A stretch of DNA of 64,000 nucleotides from the human T2T-CHM13v2.0 reference genome, Homo sapiens. Position 1 is the first letter of the stretch; the number at the start of each line of letters is the position of its first letter. The translations under genes and the position numbers were made by a program. The stretch lies in assembly GCF_009914755.1 (NCBI RefSeq), contig NC_060938.1, one strand, 5' to 3'. Positions 27,386 to 41,860 of the stretch are shown piece by piece. The notes beneath the pieces were generated by a model. It saw only the letters and a list, made by a program, of their open reading frames with translations, searched no databases and was not told the origin of the DNA.

Positions 27386-30300
27386 GCCCCTCTCCCCTCA
27401 AAAAGAAGTTGAAGTATTTTTTTTGTGAAAATATTTTTAAATGAAGTCAAATATTCTTTCATTTTCCATATGACTGTTAGTAGCTCAGCCATGATTCTCT
27501 TTGCTGTGTATGGAAGTTATAGACTTTGAAGGAAAATATAATGTAAATTAGCGTATTTGAAAATTGCATATTTGTCAACAGGGGTCTGAAAAATATGTAT
27601 TCATAAAAATAAATACATTTATTTTAGATCATTTACATTCAGCTATTTCTCTGGCTTTTGTTTTTACATTACCTATGTATATTGATTTTTCAATAAAATA
27701 TACTCAAGATTATATGAAAATTATTATGAAATTGGCTAGATGAAACACTGCTGTTTAAAATGAAAATAACATTTTTATTTTACTTTCAAATACTCTCTCC
27801 TTTTCATTCCCACTTATTATAGGGAGACTTAAAGAATTATTTGAGGTTGTTTGAATAATGAGAATGAGACTAAGAGCATTTATTCTGTAGCTGCAACAGG
27901 CTTTTCCTAATTCTTAGGTCTTTGGTAAATCTTTTATAGGACCAAGTGGCTTTTAACATTTGAAGTGGTGGCTTAGAATTTGAAATACTTGCAATATTAG
28001 TAATTTATGAAAGCTATAGCTGGGTTAGCTCTTACCTAACTTTTTATTTAAGAATAGTAATAATCAGATACATTTCATTCATGGCTCCTGCTAGGTGAAT
28101 TTATATTAGGCTGAAATTAAATGGGCTTAATAAGGTGAATGCCAATATCACATAATGAGATGTTCTCTTTAACTAATTTCTAGGATATTATTAGAATACT
28201 ATAAAAACATTTCCAGAATCCAACTTTAGGAAGTAATGGCATAGAAACTGAGTATTTATTTATGGACTGAGTTTAGACTAGGTTTATTAAAATGGATATA
28301 AAGATGGATACAATATAGTTCCTTGCCTTCAAGAAGCTTGATTTGAGAGGAAGAAGCAGTGCAAAGCCCTATATCATGCCTCTGATAAGAGAAGCACTGG
28401 GTGCTGGGAGGCCCCTAAGAGAGATGCTTAAACAAAACTGAGTAAGGAATTGAGATAGGAACTGGTTTCTGAAAATGTAATTTAAAAGGAGAGTTGGAAT
28501 TTAGGTAGAACTCAAGAACTTAATCTGTACAGACAGAACACGTGTAAGACATTTTGGCAGAATGGAGTATTACTTATTACAGAAAATTGCAAGGGTTCAG
28601 TGTGCTTCAGGGCAATTATTAGAGTTAAGGCTAAAGAGGCAAGTGAAAGACAAATTCAACTAAGTCAGTAATAATGTCTACTTAATTTATGGTTACTTAC
28701 ATCATATTCGTTATTAGTGCAATGCCAACAGATATTTTTGTAGTTTTATGGTAGTAGAAAAATCTGTGTCATTCCTGACATAGACAATAATGATAACTCC
28801 AATGTAATGTCTAATTTGAAGGTAATAAATGCAATTGATTAGAATTATTCAGACCTGGATTCCTGATTGTGAGGGAAGGAAGAAAAGAGTAAACTAAAAT
28901 GGTTTATTATCTCATCTAGAGAATTCCAGTTAACTGAGTGGACTTGAGGGATGATGTCCTCTTTTCTGTAAGTTGTATAGGGGAAGTACAATTTACTTAA
29001 AATACTGATATCCCTCAGTAAAAATTTTTTAAGGTTTTATTAGCTACTGTTTTGGCTTCTAAATCTTAGTAAGACTGTCATATATTAACGTGCAATGAAA
29101 GCAAGAAGTGTATTCTGCAAAGCATAGGAGACTTATATAGAGTTGGGCATGCTTGTTTCTATTTTTACCTTTGTAAAGGTAAAAAATAGACTCCGTGACT
29201 CCTGCTTTTTTCTGTTGTAACAAAATTCAGCTTTCTCTACATAGTGGCTCCAAACAAAATCCTAGAAATGACTAAATACTACAGAAAATATGTCAGATTT
29301 TGTTTATCTAATGCTTATAAATATATAATATAGTTACAACTGAATGTAGTCACATTGATGTTATACCATTTGTCATTATTATAAAATAAGTATTCATAAA
29401 CTGTGTGCCTACTACATCCAGAGGTTGTCCTAGGCACTGCTAAGATGTTGTACAAAATAGCCTCAGCTACTCTCAGATAGGTTACATTCTAGGAGTATTT
29501 AGCCCCAGCGTGTAGGGCTTTATGAGTCCTCACTAAAACGGCTATATAAAAATATCAATCAGTGATATGATTGTAACTAATCCTAAAAAATTAAATAAGT
29601 ATTTATAGAATCAGAAATACTCAGATCTAATCCAGCATCTTTAAAACTGGGCAACATAGCTGAATGTCAGATATCTGTTTAAATGCTCTACGGAGATCTC
29701 TATGTTAAATAATATCTCAGAAAGAATGTATGCAACAATCTTTGGAAATCTGAAATATGTACTAACATACTTTAATTAACTTCTATTAACTTTAATATAC
29801 TTCTATTCACATTTACTTTTATCGAACTTGAAATGGTGAGTTTCATTTTTGTCCAGTTCATATCATCTGGGGAATTAATACAGTTCTCTAAATACTCTGA
29901 AGGTCACCTACCTTATGTTCATATCCTAGAAGATAATTGAATTATGATTTTTTAAAGCAGGTTTGTTATGTTTTGAGGAAAGCGAGTCTACAAGCTATTT
30001 TTTTGACAGGAGAAAAAATCTTAGGAAAAACACACTATACAGAGAGATTCGTTTCACAAATTTGTTATATACTAGGATATGAAATCACAGGAAAGTGTAG
30101 ATTTAGATATTCATTGGATGTGGCATCAGGTAAGAAGCATAGAGCTGATAAAGAATATAATTTAACTTTGTTTTTCTATGTCTGAGAGTCCCAAATGCTA
30201 TAATTCTATTTTCTGACATATCACATTTTCTATCTAATTTGATCTAAAATTATATAATCACTTCAAATTTATGCTTGGTGTTCCTTGGTTGTGCATGGGA

Positions 30301-31513
30301 AGGCAGAAATTTGCAGTATATAAAAGGAGAGTTTATTTCCTCAAAAAATGCTGTATTTATCACTAGTTTCATCATTTACTGTGGCAGTGCCTCCAATATT
30401 ACCATGAAGACTGCATGAAACAAACGTTCAAGGAAGCTAAATGCTGTGAAAATAGAAAGGCTATATGGGAAATGGATGATTTTTGCAATGAAGAAAAAAT
30501 CCAGTTGCTCCATTGACCACTGACAAGGAGGCCATTTAACAAATAGTACTTATTAAAGAATACACTTTAACAGTTTCATAAAGCCCAAGCCAATACTGGA
30601 ACAGAGACAGATTCATGAATACCTGGGATTAGATTCAGATAATGTAGACAATTGTATTTTTTCCAACATCAGAAATGTGATCAAACATTAACATTAATAT
30701 CATTCAATAGTGACTTTGGACTTTTGGCTGTTTGCTTCCGAGAAATGTGAGTTGTTTGACTCAGTTTAGTCAGGGTTTGGAGACAAAAAATATCTTATAG
30801 TGTAAAATAGATGCTTTCTTATCTGGAGTAAAATCTAGTTCTACTTCACTGGTGGTGGAATAAAACATGTAAATATCATCTGGAAGGCCAAGCCTATTAA
30901 GATCAGGAGTGGAGGGGTACCACGTTATCACCAATATAATTAGGAGAGAGAGCTATATAATGAATAAAATCATTTTATAAGTCTATTTTCATTCAACATT
31001 AGTAAGAATAAATACTTATACAATAATATAAACATGGAAAATACTAAAGAAATGACATATTTTACCAATTTAACAAAGACCACAACACACAAAAGGAGAC
31101 AAACAATAAATCAGGTAGTTACAATTTAGTTTAATGACAGGGCAAAATTATCGAGACATCTATAGGAATAGCAAGTAATTCAAACACAACTAAAGGAGGG
31201 CATGTCAAAGAAAAATGCTGACAGGTGCTCTTCGAGCTGAATGTTAAAGGACAATAAAAATTAGGTGTTCAAATTAGTGGTAGAATAGTATTCCAGTGAA
31301 TGTTATTCAGGGACAGGAGTGGAGCGAATGGTAGCAGAATAGGCAAAACTGCAGAACACAAAGAAGCATGGCTTATTTGTGTGTAAATTTATTGGGGGTA
31401 ATTCATCTGGAGATGAGATTGATCAGGTAACTGGGAAAAAGGGAACAAATCAGCCAGCTTACTCTCATCTATTTCTTTCTGCATTCATAAAACACAAAAT
31501 TGGAATGATCTCT

Positions 31514-31841
31514 TGTATTAGTCAGGATTCTCAGAGAAACAGAACCAATTGTGTGCATACAAGCTGAAGATCCAGAGAAGAGTTGATTTTGTAGCTTAAG
31601 TATAAAAGCCAGTTTGGAGGTATAATTTCAGAGAGTTCCTTCTTTTTTTCTATTAAGGCCTTCAACTAATTGGCTGAGGTCCACTCACATTAAGAAGGAT
31701 AATCTGTTTTTGTGAAAGTCTACTGATTTAAATGCTAACCGTATCTAAAATATATCTTCACAGAGACATTTGGACTGGTGTTTGACTAAATATCTGGGTA
31801 CCATGGCCTAGCCAAGTGGACACATAAAATTAACCATCACG
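31514..31841 (-). mobile_element. MLT2B-like LTR (3' LTR of a HERV-L fragment)
   Basis: tgtattagtcaggattctcagagaaacagaacc...gacacataaaattaaccatcac. Confidence 0.8.
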
Positions 31842-31943
31842 AATCTACTCCTTGTAAACTTGGTACTCATACACGTCTCCTCAAGCAACACTTAATCTCC
31901 ATATAAACACAACAACATGGTCACATTTCCATTTAACATGTTA

Positions 31944-34577
31944 CATGGATATTTCAGTAGTATTGCAGGTTTCATTTCTGAACATTGCTAGAAAGCAGAT
32001 ATTGAAAGAAAGAAAGCTATATGAACTTTTTATTTCTCAGTGCATATGAAAGTTATGTTTGCATGATACTGTACTCTACAAAATGTGAAATGGCATTATA
32101 TATAAAAATACAATGTAAATACCTTAGTTAATAATTATTTCATTACTAAAAACTTAAAATGATCATCTGAGCCTTTAATGAGTCATAACCATTGTGCTAG
32201 TGAAAGGGCTTGCCTCCACGTTTGTGGCTACTGACTGCTTAGGATGGTGGTTGCTAAAGGTTGAAGTGGCTGTTGCAATTTCTTAAATACAACAACTATA
32301 AAGTTTGTCACATTGATTTACTCTTTCCTACACAAAAATTTTTCTGTAGCATGCCATGCTGTTTGATAACATTTACCCACAGTAGAACTTCTTCCAAAAT
32401 TGGAATCAATACTCTAAAACCCTGCTGCTGCTTTATAAACTAAGTTTATGAAATATTAAAAACCTTTGTTATCATTAAAATAATGTTCACAGCGTGTTTA
32501 CCTGAAGTAGATTCCTTCCAAGAAACTATTTTCTTTTCTCATGCATAAGAAGCAGCCTATTAGTTGTTCAAGTTTTGTCATGAGATTGCAGCAATTTGAT
32601 CACATCTTTAGGCTGCACTTCTAATTTGAGTTCTCTTGCTATTTTTCACCACATCTGCAGTGACTCCCTCCACTGAAGTTCAAATCCCTCAAAGTTATCC
32701 ATGAGGGTTGGCATCAACTTCTTTCAAACTCCTGTTAATGTTGACATTTTTATGTTGTTCCATTAATTATGAATGTTCTTAACGTCATCTAAAATGAGAA
32801 CACATGGACACATAAAGGGGAACAAGACACACTGGGGCCTTTTGCAGAGTGGAGGTTGGGAGGAGGGAGAGGCTCAGAAAAAATAATGAGAGGGTACTAG
32901 GCTTAATACCTGGGTGGTGAAATAATCTGTACAACAAATCTCCCTGACACAAGAGTTTACCTATGCAACAAACCTGCACTAGTACCCCCGAAGTTAAAAT
33001 AAAACTTAAGGAAAATAATTTTAAAAATAAAAAAATAAAAAATGAATGATGAGTTCTTTCCAGGAGGTTTTCAACTGGCTTTGCACATGTCCATCAGAGG
33101 AATCACCATCTATGGCAGCTACAGCCTTATGAAATGCATTTATTAAATAACAAGAATTGAACATTGAAATTACTCCTTGACCAATGAGCTGCAGAATGGA
33201 TGTTGTGGTAGCAGGCATACAACGTTAATCTACTTGTACTTCTATATCTGAGCTCTCGCATGACCAAGTGTCTTGTCAATGAGCGGTACTATTTTGAAAG
33301 GCGTCTTTTTTTCTGAGGACTGTTCAACAATGGGGTTAAAATATTTATTAAACCATGTTGTAAATAGATGTTCTGTCTTCCAGGCTTTGTTGTTCCATTT
33401 ACAGAACACATACACAGTAGATTTAGCATAATATTTAGGGGCCTTAGGATTTTTGGACTGGTGAATGAGTGTTGGCTTTAACTTAAAGTCACCAGCTGCA
33501 TTAGCCCCTAACAAGATATCCAGAATATTCTTTGCAGCTTTGAAGCCACATGTTGATTCTCCTTTCTCTCTGCAAGAGACAACATCTTCTTTCACTGAAT
33601 GACTGTTTTGTCTACATTGAAAATCTGTTGTTTACTGTAGCAACTTTAATCAGTTATTTTAGCTAGATCATCTGGATAACAAGCTACAGCTTTCACATCA
33701 GCAGCTTTACCTTCATCTTATTTGATATGGAGATGGCTCTTCTTACTTGAACTTCATAAACCAACCTCTACTTGCTTCAAATTTTTCTTCTGTAGACTTC
33801 TCACCTCTTTTAGGCTTCATAAAATTGAAGAGCATCAGGGCCTGGCTCTGGATTAGATTTTGGCTTAAGGGAATATTGTGGATGATTAGATCTTTTATTT
33901 AGACCACTAAAACTTTCCCCATATCAGCAATGAGGGTATTTTGCTTTCTTATCATTCATGTGTTCACTGAAGTATTACTTTTAATTTCTTTTTGCATTTA
34001 TAACATTTTCTTTGCATTTACAACTTGGCTATTTATTCGGCACAAGAGATCAAGATTTTAGCCTATATTGGTTTTTAACAATGCCCTTCTCACTAAGCTT
34101 AATTATTTCTAGCTTTTGATTTAAAGTGAGAGATGTGTGACACTTTCTTTCACTTGAACACTTAAAGGTCATTGTAGGGTAATTAATTGGCCTAATTTCA
34201 ATATTATTGTGTCTCAGGAAATAGGGAGGCTCAAGGAGAGAGAAATGGGCAATGGCCAGTCAGTGGAGCAGTCAGAACACACACAGCATTTATCGATTAA
34301 GTTCCCTATCATATATTGGTGCAGTTTATGAACTCCCAAAACAATTATAATAGTAATATCAAAGAACACAGATCATGATAACAAACATAATAATAATCAA
34401 AATGTTTGATATATTGAGAGCATCATTAAAATGTGACACAGAGACACAAAATGAGCACATATTGTTGCAAAAATGGCACCAATAGACTTGCTGAAAAGAG
34501 TTGCCACAAACTTTCAAATAGTAAAAAATGCAATATTTGCAAAGCACTATAAAGCACGATAAAAAGATGTATACCTG
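31944..34577 (-). mobile_element. Full-length Tigger1 DNA transposon (TcMar)
   Basis: Degenerate termini catggatatttc... and ...gtatacctg, both flanked by TA; transposase remnant GANAAGDFKLKP in ORF 33242-33595. Confidence 0.9.
32795..33040 (+). mobile_element. Short L1PA (older primate) 3' UTR fragment nested in Tigger1
   Basis: gagaacacatggacac...tactaggcttaatacctgggt...aacaaacctgcac followed by an A-rich tail. Confidence 0.85.
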
Positions 34578-35335
34578 TACAACTGTCCTGCATATAATTG
34601 AAAATGCACTAATTTATTCTATAGAAGAGAATGAAAAGTATGTGGGGGATGTTCATTATTCTCCTCGATACGTTGTAACTTAAATACTATGATGTTAAGA
34701 TAACAATATGTAAGTAACGATATGTAGAGTGAGTACATCGTTTGTTATGTCATAAGAGGATAAGAGAGGGGAGAAAACAAAGATATTTGCTACACACACA
34801 TGCATACCCACCTATTTAAAAAAAAGAAGAAATACTCATGACAACTATAGGCCTCATTTCTTTAACTTATCACATGGTCATAGGTGGAAGGTACAACTAC
34901 CTTCTTCCACTAATCATTCTGTATTCTCTTTTCTTTGAAGAAGCAACTCAGATGGTCATGATTCTTTACCTGGTACAGGCAATCAAACCTTTATTCCTGA
35001 AGAGTCTAGGGTCATTAGTAGTTCTGTAGAAAGTGGCTTGTAGTTTTTCATTGACTTTAATCACAGAGCATGGTAATATTAACAGATGCCCTGAATTCTT
35101 CTGTATTCCAGAAATACTCTTTCTTATATCCACTCATCCAAGTCAGTGTAGTATTAATCACTCCCTTCTTTGCCTATTGAATTAGAGGCATGAGGAAGAC
35201 AAAGTGGCCAGGTAGCAGTCTTAATTTCCAATTCAAGGGAATCATTTTTGTATCTCCTGGTGGAAGCATTGCTCACTTTGGAACTAAGACTTTCAGGTCA
35301 GAAGAGTGTAAGGTCATAGAGATAGGAAGTACATA

Positions 35336-35724
35336 TAGCCTAATGCTGCCTCCTTATGTATTTTAAGTTTGGCTTAAGTATTTCTCTGTACATACTAAAT
35401 TGTAATCTAACTGGGTGTGTAAACACACTGTATTCTGTTCTTGTACCAGCCAGCAAGTTTTCACCAATGAAAGGTGGCCAACTGTTCAAAACATGTTCAA
35501 ATTCGGCAAATACCAAGCTGTAACCAATCCAGCTGTTTTTGTACCTCACTTCCATTTTCTGTATGTCACTTTCCTTTTTCTGTCCATAAATCCTCTCCAA
35601 CCATGAGACAACCATTGAAACTCTCTGAACCTGTTCTGATGGGAGAAACTGCCTGACTGAGGAATTGCACTTCACTCAATTAAACGCTGTTAAATTTAAT
35701 TTGTCTAACATTTTTCTCTTAACA
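35336..35724 (+). mobile_element. MER57-like ERV1 solo LTR
   Basis: gcctaatgctgcctcctt...gctgtaaccaatccagctg...tcacttccattttctgta...tgttaaatttaatttgtctaa...ttaaca. Confidence 0.8.
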
Positions 35725-38007
35725 GAAACAAACGTTTTGTTATTAGGCCACTAAGAATGATAGTAAGTGTTACCACTTCCATTTCCACCTCTTGGTTCCT
35801 GGACCTGTGAAACCTGGCTATGTAAGAAACAGCACCATATATTAAATGTTGAATCAGAGAATATACAGCCCTATGGAGAGCCTTGCTCCAGGCCCTCAGA
35901 AGGTATTGCCACCTGCCTGGCATGATAACTAAGTCTTCAAAGGACATTCACCGTTGTACCAAGCCAGCTGCTTCCAGATGGCAGGGAACATGGTAAAACC
36001 AATGAATTACTTGAGGATTAGCCCATTGCTACATTTAATTGGCTGTTAAATGAGTTCCTCGATGAGAAGTCATGCTCTGTGAAATACCATGACAGTGGAG
36101 AAGACATCTGTAAGTCTGCAGATAGTAGTTTTCACAGAATCATTCTGTGCAGGGAAAGCAAATCCATACCAACAATAAGTGTCTATTTTAGTTAAGACGA
36201 AAACACTGCCCCTTCCATGATGGTAGACATCCAATGTAATCAATGTGCTACCAGGTAGCTGGCTGATCACTCCTGGGGAAGGGTATCATTGTATCATTTC
36301 AGGACTTGATGTTGGTCTATGCTGCTGGAAGATTGGGTACTCAGCAGTGGCTATGGTCACGTTGGCCTCGGTGAGGGGAACTCCATGTTGCTGAGCTTAT
36401 GGATTGCCACCATGCCTGCCACCATTTTATTGGCTGCAGAATATAGCAGCACAAAATATCTTATTTTAATTATATTCTATATATAAGAAAAAGTATCAAA
36501 TTTTATGTCTTTATTTTATCACCACTTGCAACATTATGAAGTGTACCAATGCCCAATTTTATTTTTTATGATATTTTCAAAGTACTATTTGGAAATGTTC
36601 CTCTCATTTGTATAAATCTCACTCTGGTTTATGAGGAGAGAGTTGGTGTCTTAATTCAACATGGTATATTCAAAGTTATTTTAATAACAAGAAGTAAAAT
36701 GTTTGGGAAATTTTTCAGAAAAAAAATGCACTAACCAACAAATAAAAGTATATTTTGTTTATTTTCAATAATGAAATATGGGTGACATATTTATTACAGA
36801 TTAAACACTGTCATCAACAGCACTCTTTTGGTTTGGTTCAGTGTCAAATAAACGTTGATGTGTAAATAATGGGGTTATTCTATCTATCAAGTACTGATGT
36901 TCTTTCAGGCTTATAATTATTAGCTTGAAAAGCATCAATAAGTGGGTAATTTTATTATGCATTTTTAGGGCTTTTTTAAGATTTATTTTCTGTCCATCAT
37001 ATCAAGGACAGCAAAGAAATCCTGGTCTTCTTCAATAATCACAATTTTATCGCTTTGCTACACTTTAAAATCCAATAAATCAAAGACACCTTCAAGAAGA
37101 AAGAGAGAAAGTAAGTTATGTCTAAATTTGCTGTGTAAAAATTTCATTTAATTTGAAGAACTTAGAAGTCATATATACTATATCTGCAATGTTTTACTAT
37201 TTAACTTTTAGATTTCAAAATAAAGATAAGCAAAAATAAAATGACCTGCCTATCTAATAGATTAAATGCCCATGCCATGCTGAAGCACAGAAACTAGGAC
37301 ATGTAGTTACTTCTGTGGCTGCGTTGAGATGACATGGAATGACAGAGGGTGCTGGCAAGTTCTACTGATTGACCAGTTTAGATTGTGACATGATCCAGGA
37401 CCAATACACTTCCATTTGCTTGTTTTATTGTCCACCAAAAAAAAAAAAAACTTTCTTTGCTATTTTATTCTTTATGATTGACTTTCTCTAGTTTTATTCA
37501 GAATGAGTACTATATGACAGGTATTCTTGGTCCTTGGCTATAACAGAAAACAAAATAGATGAAACTTCCTGCCTTTATGAGACTTACATACTAGTGAGGT
37601 AACATAAATAAAAATAAATATTATAAGTATGTATACTTATAGAATGTTAGAACATTAAAGTACTAGGTGGAAAAGTAGAACAGGCTGAGAAGAATTAGGG
37701 GCATATGAGTAAAGGTGGTGTGAATAGATGAATAGATCCAGTTAAGAGGATAGCATTTGATAGGAGGCCAATATTTTCAGTGATGTTCACAGTGAAATTT
37801 TTTTTTTGTTGGTTTAACACATGACCTCAGTTATAATCAGATTTATCATGTATCCATAAAGTAAAAATGAATCTATTATCTCAGAAATAATTTTCTTTTA
37901 AGCAGTGCAGTTTTCATTATTATCTCATAGATTATTTTCCTCTTTGACATTTTATTGTGCCGAAATTTAGTTTCAAATTTTTCATTGAGAATTATTCCTT
38001 TTTTAGC

Positions 38008-38034
<27 letters not shown>
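38008..38034 (+). repeat. Poly(A) run (27 nt)
   Basis: Read directly from the sequence. Confidence 0.9.
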
Positions 38035-38038
<4 letters not shown>

Positions 38039-38624
38039 GTGAGACAGTGAGTTTTATGGGAAAGCCAGAGTATTTTCGTTAACTTCCAAGGTTGTGAAAC
38101 TTCCTCAGTAGCTGTCTGGGTGAAGGCCATACCAATGACATCAGATTATTTTTCCTTGTTTGCTTTTGTTTTTGAGTTTATTCTTGTTTTGTTTTTTAAG
38201 CCAACTATACTACTAATGGTACATAATAAAAATTGGGCTCTTTTCCATGAATTTCTACTAATTACATTTTTCGGTTTAATTTCAGATAAATGTTAAAATG
38301 AGCTTCACAAAGATTAATTTATTTTTAATGAGACTTGAAGAGTGCTAATAGATTCTAATCCCTGAACAAAAGGAAAGTTCAAGCCAGCAAAATGGACAAA
38401 GTAGGCAAAATATTAAGTTTCAGATTTGAACTATTTATTTCAAATTACTGCTTAAATTATTAAAAAAAATTTCTATATTCCCATTTATTTAATACAGTTT
38501 CTATGTGGTATTAAAGCAATTTGTGACAGGTATTTCCTCAAATAATTCAAGTTTAAATGAGCACTGATACCAAATAAACTCTTAAAGGTGAAATGGAAAA
38601 TAGAGTATAGAAAAATGTATTCGT

Positions 38625-40030
38625 TATTCTTTTATTCACTTATTGAGTATATATTATACTTAGGCTCTATAGGAGTCAAGGAGGAGCTAGATGAGTGTGA
38701 GTGAGCAGAGATAGAGAGTAGAACATATTTTAGGTGCATGTGGCATTTCTGCAAAGTACTGGGAAATAACATGATGCATTCAAGGACATATCAGTAATTT
38801 GATGTATTTGGAAGATAGAATTCCAAAAGGAAAGAATCAGAAGGAGAAATTGATAAGATAAGAAATTGATATAATAATTGTTATGCTAAAAAATATTAGT
38901 GGACTAATATAGGGCTTTGGGCAGAGAGGAAATCTACTTTCACCTTTGTCTTAGATATTTCAGTCTGTCTGGATGTCAGGATGAAAATTGGGATATCTAT
39001 TAGAATCTTGCGGAATTAATCCTAGTGGAAGATGAGAGATGTGACATTGAGGGGTGAGGAAAATAAAATGGGTTCAAGAGATTTAAAAAATAAAGCCAGG
39101 AGGTCATGCCTTGGTGTTAGATTAGACTCAAGAAGTGAGGGAATGGATACAGTCAAGTGTGTTTTCCACATGGGCAACTGCATCTATTGTGGTGCCAGGT
39201 GCACGGATAGTAGCAAAACATATTTGATAAGTACTAATAATAACTACAATGCATCCAGTTTGGAATATTCTCAGCTTGAGATGCTTAGTGGTAAATCAGG
39301 CAGATATATCTAGGAGAAACTATATATAAATGTTAGTAACCAGATTAGAACTCGGCAATGATATATGGATTTGGAATGATTTGTGCAATAATTGAAGTCA
39401 AGTAATATTGCAAGAGAACACACACATTACATTACAAGAGAAGCCAGGAAGGAGGCCTAATATGACATTAACTTTTACTAAGACTGGAAGAGTAGCCAAG
39501 AACAGAGATTGATAGGGAGAGATAGAAAGAGTGGAAAGAGAAGTAGAACAGAATCAGGTCCTATAACTTAATGGAGGAGAGAGTTTCAACAAAATGGAAG
39601 TGGCTAGAAGTCCGAATAATGCAAAGAATTAAAAATTGATGATCACTAAACAGTGTTCATTGTATGTTTCAACAAAGAGATTATTTTTGACCTTTGCCAG
39701 ATCAGCAGTATTGAAATTGAAATGGCGACAGATCGAAGCCTGAGCGAGAAGAATAGAGCAAGAAGACAGAGCAAACAGTACAAGGTCCCAGAAATAATAG
39801 GAAGTGATAGGAACAGATTTTTAAATGGATGGTTTACCTTTATTAGGAGAATGTTCAAGACACGAAGGAAAGAAGAAAGGATAAAACAGAGGCATACATG
39901 TTCATAATAAAAGAGACAAGAATTGAAAGGACTTTCTCTCTGATAACTTCTACTTTCTCTGTAAAGAACAGGTAAGAATTTGTAAGGATGAATGGGGGAG
40001 ACAGGCAAGATTTTGAAATAAACATTGTGA
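38625..40030 (-). mobile_element. LINE-2 remnant
   Basis: ttattcacttattgagta start followed by purine-rich antisense L2-like sequence (ttgagatgc, gatatatggatttgga, ggaggagagagtttcaa). Confidence 0.6.
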
Positions 40031-41384
40031 ATAATGAAAAAGGAAGACTAGTGAAAGGATTTGAGGGGAAATACTAAGAATATTGGTTGGATGACAAAAT
40101 TGTTTAAAATAACATGGCCCAAACTGTCCCATTTTAGCATCTTCAGCTTTTTTGAATCAAGAAAAAATGTTACAATAATACAATAATATTATTGTTACAA
40201 TAAATCGTGATTAGAGAGCAGGATTTTGGTCTTATCTTTTCATCTTTATCCAACTAAGATATAACAATAAGAACATTTATTTTGATGAGTGTTAATTAAT
40301 AATAGATGTCCATTTCAAGAGGGGAGATTGGCTTATGTTTCTATCCTCTTTCCCACAAATCTCACTGTATCAACAGTAAAGATATTTAAAAATACCCGTA
40401 ATAGACACGGAATGAAAGAGGACTCACACAAAGACCAGATGCTATGATGGAATTCAGAAAATCTATGGATTATATTGTTGGCTAAACCAGAGCAGAAGAA
40501 GCTGCACAGTGAGAGTGCCCAGACCAGGAAGCAGTGATAGAGGAGTAGGGGGTGTGTACAGGATTTCCTCTTGACAGGAACCCAGAGAGCATATATAGAG
40601 TCTTGGGGAAGACTATGATAACTAATCAGAAAGAGACTGGAGGAAGAGTGGGGGTGGGAGGATAGAAAGTAATCAGAGTGAATTAAATTGCAGTACAAAG
40701 ACCAGCAGCTCTCCTCATCCCATTCTCAGGCCCCTGTATAGAGATTGATATTAAATCAAGATGTGTTCCTTTTGAATCTGAGGGATCTGCCTAAGAAAGG
40801 CCAAGCCTTCCATTGCTCACATTGTTCCCCAAGAATAGAGTACTTTATATTTTTGCATTTGGAGATCACTCCCTGACAACATAAGCTAAAGTGAAGTATA
40901 GGAGTTAACATATCTCACCACTCACGCACACCTTACTGTCAGCTGTTTCATTGCAGAGACTTAAGAAAAAGTGGAAGAAAATTATGTAGCCACCAGTATT
41001 ATTTCATGTAGTATTTTCATTAAATTCAAAAGGCATTTGAAGAAATTCAAAACCGTAACAGAGGACCACAGTAAGTAACAATTACTGTCCACTGGAGTAA
41101 CTGAGGTGATGTAGAGAAAAGAAGAATTTCAAAGTAACATTTAACTAGTTTGCACAGAAATAGCCAAGATAATATTAAATACATAAAAAGCTTGTAAGGA
41201 GAAAGATAAGTTTGTAGTCAAAGTGTAACATTAAATAGTGATATTGTTTTGAGTGCTAAATGAAGTTACAGAAAAGAGAAACTGCTCTATCTGCAGATTA
41301 TTTGGAAGTGTGTCAAAAATAAGATAAACTGATGGGTGGATAGAGTGATGGAAAACTGAATAGATATATGGGTAATGTAGAATG

Positions 41385-41860
41385 TAAGTGGTAGGTTGAA
41401 ACACTCACCTTTGCTATATCTTTGAAAAATGTCAAAATAAAAATTGAGATGGGGGTACTTTGTAACTTTTCCCAGTATATCTATTTCCTTTCCCCTTAAA
41501 TTTGAGCTGATCCTGTTACTTGCTTTCACCAATGGAAGGAAAGTGACTGTGTGCCAGTTCTGAGCCTAGGTCTCTGGAGACTTACGTGCTTTTATTCTCT
41601 TTCTTTGCAACTTACTTTTTTCAAGAACACATCAAGTCCAGTCACCTGGAAGAGGGGAGACCACATTGAGCAGCGCTGAATCGTTCAATCTGAGTGCACC
41701 TAGAGCATGCAGCCTCCAGCTGACTAGGGAGTTAGTTGATTTAGACACATGAAACAAGCCCAGACAAGATCAGCAAAACCACTCAGCCAACTGGTAGATT
41801 TGTGAGACTTAATAAATAGCTGTTGTTTCAAGCCACTAAGTTTTGAAGTGTCTTGCTTTC
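41385..41860 (+). mobile_element. MLT1G/H-like MaLR LTR
   Basis: acttgctttcaccaatgg...aagtgactgtgtgccagttctgagcctagg...aataaatagctgttgtttcaagccactaagttttg. Confidence 0.7.

Larger units (their letters stand above)
31842..36430 (-). mobile_element. HERV-L/ERVL internal region (integrase to 3' end), interrupted by Tigger1 and a MER57-like LTR
   Basis: Minus-strand peptides FVLTKIDTYCWYGFAFPA and ALHRAVYSLIQHLIYGAVSYIARFHRSRNQEVEMEVVTLTI resemble HERV-L integrase. Confidence 0.8.

Noticed and set aside
33242-33595. Domesticated Tigger transposase
   Set aside because: Only a short open fragment; the rest is frameshifted and interrupted by an L1.
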